Of a stretch of DNA of 64,000 nucleotides, positions 27,936 through 39,115 are shown one piece after another (within the stretch, counting starts at the first letter, position 1; every line of letters starts with the position of its first letter). A model generated the notes under the pieces. The model was not told the DNA's origin. It saw nothing but the letters and a program-made list of their open reading frames with translations, and did not search any database. The position numbers were made by a program, and so were the translations under genes. The stretch is taken from contig OX597819.1 of NCBI GenBank assembly GCA_951406725.2, positions 110,422,001 to 110,486,000 of the forward strand. The letters run 5' to 3'. This stretch comes from Octopus vulgaris (Eukaryota).

Positions 27936-28501
27936 TAAGGATTGCTTGTATATAGATATGCACTTTATTTAAGAACGCAGCTGCTTCTACAGACAAATAA
28001 ACTCTGGTCGGTCAAGTCTTTACTTGTCTGAAGAAGGTGTACAGAAATGTTTAACTGCATTAATTGCTGTGATTGCCTACTTAATTTGTACAGTCTAAAT
28101 CAGCTTCAAGGACATCACTGCAGACAGGGTAGTTTTGTTTCTACAGACTCTTCGTCATTTCTTTGGCACCAATGTGGAGATTTCTGCTGTCATCTATTCG
28201 TGGATCATGGGAGAAATAGGGATCCTATATTTGCTGTCAAATGAGTAAAATGTTCTGGGGTTATGCTCAATTCCAGGTCTGGGAATCGAAACAGCAATCC
28301 TACGACCAAGAGTCCGCTACCCTAACCATTGGGCTATTGCGCCTTCACCGTGTCTATGATATCCCGTTTGAAAGAAAACATTCACCTCTGTACGGCGCAC
28401 GCGCACACATATGCACCCAAACATTCAGACACAGTATAATAATGTAAACTATCAAACTCTAGGCCTTTCTATACACACACACACACACACACATACACAC
28501 T

Positions 28502-28561
<60 letters not shown>

Positions 28562-28698
28562 CATACATATATGTATATATATATTTATATTTATATATAT
28601 ATATGTATATATAGAGAGATTTACATACATACATACATACATATTTATATATGTGTGTGTATGTGTATGTACTTTACACACGCACACACGCACACATA

Positions 28699-28730
<32 letters not shown>

Positions 28731-28784
28731 CACACACACACATATATATATGCATACATATATATATATACATATATATATATG

Positions 28785-28877
<93 letters not shown>

Positions 28878-29078
28878 AGACAGATAGATAGATTTACATG
28901 CATACATACAGAAAGATATTTATATATGTGCGTGTATGTGTGTGTACTTTACACACACACACACACACACACACGTACATAAAATCCAATAGTTTTTTGT
29001 TACTTTATTTTCACAGTCAAGAAAACTAATTTGTCCCTGTATTTTCGTTCTTTCTCTCCCTGTATTTATATATTTTTG

Positions 29079-29140
<62 letters not shown>

Positions 29141-29620
29141 AGGCGCTGAGCCACGAAGCCTGCTGTCCTTCCTTATAGCTACAATTAATAACCACTCATC
29201 ACTGTTTTGGGGACTTTTTCCTCTCACGTTAGCTATAAATGGTCCTTAGTTATAAAAAGTATCAATTTATCCTTAGTATCAAATACGTTCGACCAAACAT
29301 GTACTCACTCAATTACAAGGACACACATACACACATACACATGCACTCATAGATACTGTCTTTCTCACACACACGCACTTTTTCTCTTTTAAACCCCCAC
29401 ACATTTCTAGTGTGTATATATATATCAGTAAATATTTCTTGTAAATACAACTTCGTGACTATCTCTCTCTTTCTCCACTTTATCTCTGTAAATATACACT
29501 GACATACACATACATACATACATACATACATACATACACACACACACATACATACATACATACATACATACATACATACATACATACATACATACATACA
29601 CACACATATATATATATATG

Positions 29621-29663
<43 letters not shown>

Positions 29664-29668
29664 TATAT

Positions 29669-30097
29669 ATATAATAATATAATAAATAAATAAAATATAT
29701 GCATATATACATACATATATGTACATACTTACATCTACATGTATATATACATGCATATATATATATGAGTACAGGACACCACAAATAAACGTAGAACACA
29801 ACGAGAGACGAAAACATAAAATCAAACAAGGAAACGGACTTTTTTTGAACAACGAAAAAACAGAGTACAGGATAAACAATACAAGGAATATTCCCCTTCA
29901 TCAGCTGCCCCTGGTTCGACTCAATGCGTGTTTCGAAGGTACGCATTGAGTCGAACCAGGGGCAGCTGATGAAGGGGAATATTCCTTGTATTGTTTATCC
30001 TGTACTCTGTTTTTTCGTTGTTCAAAAAAAGTCCGTTTCCTTGTTTGATTTTATGTTTTCGTCTCTCGTTGTGTTCTACGTTTATTTGTGGTGTCCT

Positions 30098-30141
<44 letters not shown>

Positions 30142-30228
30142 TGCATGTATATATACATGTAGATGTAAATATGTACATATATGTATGTATATATGCATAT
30201 ATTTTATTTATTTATTATATTATTATAT
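29669..30228. repeat. Long inverted repeat (fold-back) with 11-nt spacer, built from a pseudo-LTR-like arm plus flanking sequence
   Basis: 29768-29929 is the reverse complement of 29941-30102 (no mismatch seen); symmetry continues beyond the (TA)n to ~29669/30228. Confidence 0.92.
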
Positions 30229-30314
30229 GACCGAACGCACGCGTTATTTCTCTTCTCCAATTAAGTTTTTATATATATATATATATACACATGCATACAA
30301 GTATACATATCTCA

Positions 30315-30392
<78 letters not shown>

Positions 30393-31903
30393 TTTTACTC
30401 TGTTACTTGTTTCAGTCATTTGACTGTGGCCATGCTGGGGCACAGGCTTTAGTCGAACAAATCGACCCCAGGACTTATTCTATCGGTTCTTTTGCCGAAC
30501 CGCTAAGTTACGGAGACGTGATATATGTATATATGTAGATATGGGAATATACAAATTTGCAGACAAACGTTCTGGTAGTGCACAGTGAGATAAAATCTCT
30601 TCTATTCTAGGCACAAGGCTCGAAATTTTGGTGGAGGGGCCAGTCGATTAGATCGATCCCAGTACGCTAGTGGTATTTAATTTATCGATCTCGAAAGAAT
30701 GAACGGCAAAGTCGATCTCGGCGGAATTTGGGGACTGAACCCGGAACTGTGGTTGGTAAGCAAGCTACTTACCACCCAGCCACTCCTGCACCTATGGTTG
30801 CTATTTCTAGTAAATCGAGTAACCCCGAAAAGGCCTAAGTACTAATGGTATCGAGCGCGCTTGTAGTGAAATTGTGAACCTTGGAAGGGGTTACAAACGA
30901 CGTAGAGTAGATAACCACCTCAAACAATGTGGACACACTTATAGACTCATTAAGTTTCCCACTCATTTCTTTTCAAAACCCCACCCCATCATTCCGCACC
31001 ACTCCACGCCGCTACTTGGTCCTGTTAACAGTACTTTAAGTTAACAGTACAATCCTTTTGTTGTAGTGTTGGCCACGTTCAGCCCTGATCGAGCATATCT
31101 GTGTATCACTTTTGTCGTTGTCCACTCTGGCGTGTCAAAACGCTCCGGTTGTTGACAGAGCAATATGCCATTGGTCAGAGAAAATATGTGGCAGACGAAA
31201 CCACTACTTATGTATGTATGTATGTATGTATGTATGTATGTATGTATGTATGTATGCATGTATATTTGTGTGTGAATGTATATGTATGTATGTATGTATG
31301 TATCTATGTATCTATGTATCTATGTATATTTGTGTGTGTGTGTGTGTGTGAATGTATATGTATGTATGTTTGTATGTGTGCGTATGTATGTGTATGTATG
31401 CATGTATATACGTGTGTGTGTATGTATGCACGCGTTTATGAATGTATTTATGTATTTATGTGTGTGTGCATGTATGTATGTGTGTATATGTATGTACTTA
31501 TGTATGTATATGTGTGTATTTATGTATGTGTGTATGTATATACGTGTGTGTGTGTGTGCATAAATGTGTGCATATATGTGTATGTGTATGTATGTATGCA
31601 TGTATGCATGTGTGTATATATGTTTGTATTTGCGTGTGTATCCAAATACGTGTGTGTGTATGTCTGTACGCATGTATGTATATATATATATATATATATG
31701 TATGTATGAATTTATGCGTGTGTATGTATGTGTATGCATGTATGTATTTATGCATATGTATGCTTGTGTGTGTGTATACCTGAGAGAGGGAGAGAGTGAG
31801 AGAAAGAGAGAGAGAGGGAGAGAGAAAGAAAATTAAGACAAGCAAAGTAAAGGAAAGAAACAGAGTGGCACAAAAATATTCCAAGAATATTTCTACAAGT
31901 GGG

Positions 31904-31952
<49 letters not shown>

Positions 31953-32515
31953 AAATCCTTAAAAATGTTTTAGCCCGAAGGCCGCGGCCATGCTGGGGCA
32001 CCACCGCTGAATGAGCTACACTAATTTGTGAATCCACCTCTGATACGTGGCACTTGATCAACAAGGGAGTTCGATGCTGCTTCCCGCATCCGCGTCTCCT
32101 GTCGTGAGGTAGGTTCATCTGGGACTCCCGACAAGAAGAGATCCAGTTTAGTTTTAAAGAAACCCACATCCACACCATGTAAGTCTCTCAGGCATTTAGG
32201 GAGGATGTTAAAGAGCTGTGGTCCTCTGAAACCCAAGCTGTTGCAGTATCTGGACCTGTATTTTGATGGTGATGTTGGAATCCTTGGCACCATGCAGTGG
32301 CGCCCCGTTCTGCGGTTGGGGTAACTTTGAATGCCAAAGTTTGGGACAAGACCCTCCAGGATTTTCCAGATGTATATCACCGCATATCTCTCCCGCCTCC
32401 GCTCTAGGGAGAAGAGGTTTAATACCTTCAGTCTTTCCCAGTAGCTGATATTTTGCATTGAGACGATTTTTTTGTGTAGCTTCTCTGAATTGCTTCGAGT
32501 TCTGCTGTTAGTTTT
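31953..32515 (-). mobile_element. 5'-truncated CR1/L2-group LINE: ORF2 C-terminus (32021-32458) and 3' UTR
   Basis: SYWERLKVLNLFSLERRRERY..WKILEGLV..FNILP..FKTKLDLFL; 3' UTR with terminal stem-loop. Confidence 0.85.
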
Positions 32516-32519
32516 ATAT

Positions 32520-32970
32520 TAAACAAACAAACGAGCATATACTAAATACACAGGCGAACAGAAAACACAGAAGGTCACCAACTTCTCAGCAGTTATCGGC
32601 CAGAGGGTCAAACGCAGTTTCAGCCATTATATGTATGTATGTGAATTGTGCGAGGAAATGTCTGAGTCATGCAGGCCTAGTCAGCCATCAGAGAACTCGT
32701 AGGAATCAACCCCTTGTAAATTGTGGCATGGCTATTGTCCACAACAGACAATGTGCAACCTGTGGAAAGATGTGACTTTCAGTTGGAGGAATCCATATTG
32801 TGACATATGTTCCCTCTGCCAGCACGCACGGCTGTGCATTATGCAATGGGATGCACAAATCTTTGGCTGGACTCAAGAGTCATACTAGGGCCTCACATTG
32901 CCTCATCAATGACTCATTTCAGTGATTCTTTCTAGCATTGGCTTTGCACGTATATCAGAAAGCAGCTACT
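32520..32970 (+). pseudogene. Two successive RTE-like LINE 3' ends with terminal Cys/His finger
   Basis: YVCELC/KCLSHAGLVSHQR (frameshifted) and CALCNGMHKSLAGLKSHTRASH resemble the RTE C-terminal CxxC..GLxSHxR motif. Confidence 0.5.
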
Positions 32971-33324
32971 ACGTATGCATGTATTTATGTATGCATGTAT
33001 GTATGTATGTATGGTATTTCTTTGAGATTTATCAGACTTTACTTTTACGTAATTCAGGCAGGCTGCTCACAGAGTGACGAGACCATTCTTGTAGTTTGTG
33101 GTTATCTGAAGTAGTTGGTGCAACATGAAATAAATGCTCAAGGACAGAACGCATCGCCGGGAATTGAACTCACGACCTTATGATCGGGAGCCGAATACTC
33201 TAACCACTAAGCCACGCGCCTTCACATACACACATGGGCATATACAAATATGCATATTATCATCATCATCATTTAGCGTCCGTTTTCCATGCTAGCATGG
33301 GTTGGACGGTTCAACTGGGGTCTT

Positions 33325-33535
33325 AGCTGGCAGAACCGTTAGCACACCGGGAGAAATGCGTAGCCGTATTTCGTCTGCCGTTACGTTCTGAGTTCAAATT
33401 CCGCCGAGGTCGACTTTGCCTTTCATCCTTTCGGGGTCGATAAATTAAGTACCAGTTACGCACTGGGGTCGACTTAATCCGTTTGTCTGTTCTTGTTTGT
33501 CCCCTCTATGTTTAGCCCCTTGTGGGTAATAAAGA

Positions 33536-33540
<5 letters not shown>
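33325..33540 (+). mobile_element. Family B SINE
   Basis: Head, core and AATAAAGAAA tail. Confidence 0.85.
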
Positions 33541-33583
<43 letters not shown>

Positions 33584-34185
33584 ATTCGAATAAAGCAGAA
33601 AATTTACTAGTGAAAATTCAATCATTTATTCGAAGTGGAGTCATTTCGTAGACAGACTAAGTTTTATGGTTCCAACTTTGAGAAATTTTGGAGCTCTAGT
33701 TTGTATTCTTTGCAGTGTTTTTTGGTGTTTCCTGGGGCTCACTTATAAGGTTCTAACTCCACTGGGTTTACTTCAATGGCTGTGGGAGAATGGATCGAGA
33801 AACGGATGCATGGAACAAAATCGCATTAAAAGTGAAATAACGTTATGGGTATTAAATCGATTTGAACGTGAGACCTTTCAAATTCTTACAGTCCCACACA
33901 ACATTAGAACTGAAGGGCAGATGCCAGGCGGTCAAGAGGTTAGAGGTCATTTGACGACAGATGGAGACAGCGTGATACAAAACCTGAAGAAGCTATCGCT
34001 GCTGCTGCTGCTGCTGCTGTTGCTGCTGCTGATTATATTGACATTTATGCATATGAACATGATAGGTATTATTCTCCCTTAAATATGGTTCTGTGTGATA
34101 CTTTAGGCAAGTATCTTCTACTATAGCCCTGTGCTGAGCAACGCTTTGTGAGTAGGTTTGGTTGATGGAAACTGAAAGACGCTCG

Positions 34186-34220
<35 letters not shown>

Positions 34221-34592
34221 CAAAATTATTATTTGAGGGAATACAATCCAAACTTACAAAGAAAAAATTTCAATTTAGAAATACTAAATCAAATTTCATA
34301 CAATATAATAGAAAAAAACCCACTTTTATCAATTCAAAATAAAGAATTAAATTACACCATCTAGAAAATTACATATAATAGAAATATTAAAATTAAAATT
34401 ACAATAAAATGTCAATGATTAATTAAATTGCAAAAAAGAAAAAAATAATAGAAACGTATATAATTGGTAATTATATAAATATAAATATATATATATAAAC
34501 AGAATGAGAAAGAGAAGAAAATGGAGAAATTAACGTATAGACACGAGTTTATTCAAAGATATTCAAATCAATATAATATGAAATTTTTATCC

Positions 34593-34701
34593 CTACCAAC
34601 GTTTCCATATCCAGTTGATTCAATTAAAGAAATTAAATTAAATTAAATTAATTTAAAATTTTCATCTTGAAACTGGTTAATTGGCTATTTCATCAGGGTA
34701 G
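34593..34701 (-). ncRNA. Type I hammerhead with long AT-rich stem II, in a pseudo-LTR-like remnant (~34498-34802)
   Basis: CTACC-CTGATGA-..CCAGTT/AACTGG..-GAAA-CG-TT-GGTAG; base of stem II imperfect. Confidence 0.65.
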
Positions 34702-34830
34702 AATTTCTAGAAAGGAGTTACATTCTAACGTGTTGGTCGACCCTAGACAGACAGGATGCAAACATCCCTTAAAGGATTATAGGTTATTGGCATGATTAAA
34801 TTATATATATGTATATATATATATACATAT

Positions 34831-35227
34831 AATGGTTGTATACTGTCAATCTAACAAGAACGTGACAGTAGGAGGTACACCACCGCTGTATAGCCCTAGG
34901 AAGCATCGAACGCCTCCTGATAGCTTTGACACATTTTTCCCTGTGTCCTTATATACATATACGAAGGGGAGACAAACACCCCCGGCTGCAGGAACTGCAT
35001 CTAGGGACACCGTGTTTCAGGATCGTTGTCCTTCATCGGCCTAGAGTAGCAGACACCGGTCAGCTGGTGATATTTGCCTCGACTTCGTAATTGTATATAT
35101 CTATATTCAGTGAAGTTTATTCACTGATTATCAAAATAAGAAATATTGAATTTCTAAATCTCTCGTAGAGACATGTACGGTGGTGGGGCGATAGAATGGT
35201 TGTATACTGTCAATCTAACAAGAACGT
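34831..35227 (-). mobile_element. Retrozyme-like element: 364-bp unit with exact 33-bp terminal redundancy
   Basis: AATGGTTGTATACTGTCAATCTAACAAGAACGT at 34831-34863 and 35195-35227; internal HHR; no meaningful ORF; (TA)-rich flanks. Confidence 0.75.
35001..35044 (-). ncRNA. Minimal type I hammerhead ribozyme (U4C variant)
   Basis: CTAGG-CCGATGA-AGGA caacga TCCT-GAAA-CAC g GTG-TC-CCTAG; predicted cut between 35006 and 35005. Confidence 0.82.
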
Positions 35228-35715
35228 ATATATACATATATACGACGTGCTTCTTTTAGTTTCCGTCTACCAAACCCACTCACAAGGCTTTGGTCGGCCC
35301 GAGGCTATAGTAGAAGACACTTTCCCAAGGTACCACGCAGTGGGACTGAACCCGGAACCATGTGGTTGGTAAGCAAGCTACTTACCACACAGCCACTCCT
35401 ACGCCTATATAGATAGATAGATATAGATAGATAGATAGATAGATAGATATACACACAACGTAAATTCATCACCCAATATAAATGCAAATTCTTACATTGA
35501 GGGTCAGTCGACCGTATCCTTGTGTCAATATATTTGAATGGTTTCGGTCTACCAACTGATCAATTTCTATAAAAGTCCACCAAGTTGTTTTACACAGGTT
35601 CATGGTTTTCATGCCCATTCATCTCTCTGTCCTACATGCATTAGGAACACAAAAGGTACCTGTCTTTAATAAATTTGATCTATTAGTAGAGCTTGTTGGA
35701 AAACATTGGGACTGG

Positions 35716-35794
<79 letters not shown>

Positions 35795-35997
35795 TTATCA
35801 ATCTGTCTGTCTGTCTATATATCTATCTCTATCTAACTATCTTTATCATGCATGTATGTGTGTATATGTATGTCGATATATATATATATTATATACACAC
35901 ACATGCATATCTTATGTGTGCGTGTTTATGTGTATATGTGTGTGTATTGATATCTATCTATCTATCTATCTTTACCATGCATGTGTGTATATGTATG

Positions 35998-36053
<56 letters not shown>

Positions 36054-36055
<2 letters not shown>

Positions 36056-36455
36056 CGCAGGAGTAGATGTGTGGTAAGTAGCTTGTTTACCAACCACATG
36101 GTTCCGAGTTAAGTCCCACTGCGTGGCACCTTGGGCAAGTGTCTTCTACTATAGCCTCGGGCCGACCAATGCCTTGTGAGTGGATTTGGTAGACGGAAAC
36201 TGAAAGAAGCCCGTCGTATATATGTATATATATATATGTGCGTGTGTGTTTGTGTGTCTGTGTTTGTCCCCCTAGCATTGCTTCACAACCGACGCTGGTG
36301 TGTTTATGTCCCCGTCACTTAGCGGTTCGGCAAAAGGGACCGATAGAATAAGTACAGGGCTTACAAAGAATAAGTCCCGGGGTCGAGTTGCTCGATTAAA
36401 GGTGGTGCTCCAGCGTGGTCGCAGTCAAATGACTGAAACAAGTAAATGAGAGTAC
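36054..36455 (+). mobile_element. Family A SINE, full length reference copy
   Basis: GGCGCAGGAG head, B-box-like GTTCCGAGTTAAGTCCC, ACCTTGGGCAAGT, internal (TA)(TG), tail hairpin. Confidence 0.88.
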
Positions 36456-36612
36456 AAGTGTAAAGAGAATATACACACACATGCATATCATATGTCTGCG
36501 TGTTAATGTGTATATGTGTGTGTGAAAGTATGTTTACAAATACCGGCGTGTTAAATACCTTACAACAAAAGATTGTTTGTTAAAATTATCTCCCCTTCGA
36601 GAGGATGTATCA

Positions 36613-37016
36613 TCTTTATATATAAAAGTGAAGTTGTGTGTCTGTCTCCTACGATTTAGATTCCTAAGTACTCCCACATTTTGCGGTGCAGTTTAACCAA
36701 AACCGGGTATCTTATAGTCGGGATTCATATCGAGCCCTTCTGGGTATTAGCGCGCGTCTACGATGAGTCTACGATTTTAAAAATAATTTACCATCATTTT
36801 TTCCCATTTTAATGCATTTTTCGCTATTATATAAGGGAAGTAACTCTCTAAAAATGTCTACGATGAGTCAACGATTTAGAAAAAAATTTACCATCATTTT
36901 TTTTCCATGTTGAATGCATTTTTTTTTTTTTTGCTATCTTTTGGCTATAACTCTCTAAAAATGCTTATATAGTTATTTCTCTTATAAACCCGAGCAACGC
37001 CGGGCGATACTGCTAG
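36613..37016 (+). mobile_element. Non-autonomous Helitron
   Basis: A|TC 5' end, CTAG|T 3' end, subterminal hairpin CCCG..CGGG, no TSD; internal ~100-bp tandem duplication. Confidence 0.8.
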
Positions 37017-37528
37017 TAATTACTAAATGGCAATTAGGACTAAATCCACTTGCGAAGGGGAGATAATCTCAAGATACACTAAATTCTGTAAAGCGGACTG
37101 GCCATTAAAGAAATGGCCATGCTTTATCGTCTGTAAATTAGGGAACAGTCGTGTACATGTGTTTCTGGCTGAATAGTCTTCACCAGCACGTTTGCCTATC
37201 CACCTGCCTATCTGCCTATTCAGCCTCTCACTTTGTGTGTATGTGAGTGTATCCATCAAGCTATCTGTCTCTGTCTGTCTCTGTCTCTCTTTCTCTCTCT
37301 CCCTCTAACTATCTAATTGATTTTCAATCTTTCAGACTCGTTATCACCATGCGCACATTCATGCCCGCGTGTATTTGCGCGCGCACACAACCATACACAC
37401 GCGTGCACATGCCATAAGGGGCAGATTGATAGGCAATTAGATAGATACACAAATTAACAGAAAGAGAGAAATATAGAAAGAAAAAATATATATATAGACG
37501 GACAGGTAGATAGATATATAGATTGACT

Positions 37529-37609
<81 letters not shown>

Positions 37610-37634
37610 GCGGAAAGACAGCTAGCTAGCTAGC

Positions 37635-37715
<81 letters not shown>

Positions 37716-38412
37716 TGACGGACAAAAATGGAGCAACAGATACGTGTATAGATGGATTGTTGGAACAACAGATGGCTACATACATACAAGTGTTTTATAC
37801 ACAAACATACCTAACGCACACAATTGAGAGATTCATCGACCCATCCAACCGCATTCACATTTAAAGAGAAACTGAATGATGCTGGTATGTATATCAGTGT
37901 GGACTTGTGTGTGTTAAGGGATAAGTAATTTGACGAGAGAGAAAGCGGTTTAAAGGGCCATTAGGTATCCTTCGATAATAGCTTAGGTTCCACACCAGTT
38001 GTGAGTGGGTGTCTGTCATCCTGCCATCTTACCTGTCCACGTGGCTACCTCCCTGAACTCTCTCTCCCTCTGTCTCTCTCTCTCCCTCTCTCATTCTGTC
38101 TGTCTGTCTGTCTCTCTCTCTTTCGCTCTCCCTGTCTTGACTACTCCACACCTAATCATCCTAATTCCTTACAACAACCACAAACCAACAACAAAGTAAA
38201 ATAATAAACAAGGAAAAAGGGAATGCAAGCGTGACAATGATAGCGTTTCTGGTATTGGAGCGACGACCGGCACGCGGTGAGGTTGTGCGGGTGTAAGTGT
38301 ATGTGTGTGTGTGTGTGCGCGCGTATTGGTGTAGAGAGATACAGAAATACATGTGTGTATGTGTGTGTGTATGTGTGTATGTAAGTATGTATATATATGT
38401 ATATGTATATAT

Positions 38413-39115
38413 ATATATAACGGGAAGCTTTATGAAAATAAACAAAAGACGAAGGCAGGTGGAAAACAAACGAACAATTGTATTAGTATGGCGCTCAGGA
38501 AATATAAATAAAACAAGTCTTTAACGTTTCGAGCCTACGCTCTTCAACAGAAAGATACACAGAGAGAGAAAAACACAGAAAGAAGGAGAGAAAAAAAATG
38601 CGTGCAGTAGCTAACGAATCAACATGGCGATCTGATTTCGGCCAGAGGTCAAAGATCAAACATGAGACGCGAGAGCGAAATAAGGGGAGATAATAGGGTT
38701 GATAAAAGGGTTGAGGGACCAGCTAAAAGTGCGTGGGAGGGGTCTGGATGTGTGTATGTATAGGGTTGGTGTATGTATTAGTATGTATAAGGGTGTGTGT
38801 GTGTGTGTGTGTGTATGAGAGAGTATTAGTGCGTAAGATTGGTCTGGACGTGCGTATGTATGGGGTCGGTGTATGTATTAGTATGTATTAGTATGTATTA
38901 GTACGTATTGGTATGTATAGGTGTGTGTGTGTGTGTGTGAGAGAGTATAAGTGCGTATGCGGGGTCTGGACGTGTGTATGTATAGGGTTGGTGTAAGTAT
39001 TAGTATGTACTGGTATGTATTAGTACGTATTAGTATGTATTAGTTGGTGTGTGTATTAGTATGGCACATCATATGTGATGTGATGTGTAAAGTCATGTGG
39101 TGTAGTGAGGAGAAG
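38413..39115 (-). repeat. 3' pseudo-LTR
   Basis: Matches 42888-43590 at constant offset 4475; contains three internal GGTCTGGA..GTATTAGTAT sub-repeats. Confidence 0.95.
38518..38555 (-). ncRNA. Variant minimal hammerhead in 3' pseudo-LTR
   Basis: TCTTT-CTGTTGA-A-GAGC gtag GCTC-GAAA-CG-TT-AAAGA; A6U and an extra A before stem II; AACGTT palindrome. Confidence 0.7.

Noticed and set aside
32821-32925. Host C2H2 zinc-finger gene
   Set aside because: Single finger with no TGEKP linker or array; resembles an RTE C-terminal finger
36400-36445. SINE tail stem-loop plus GAAAC as a hammerhead
   Set aside because: No CTGANGA and no stem I; better explained as a LINE recognition hairpin
38269-38280. 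12-nt match GGCACGCGGTGA to miR-124
   Set aside because: Mature ends do not match and no precursor hairpin is visible
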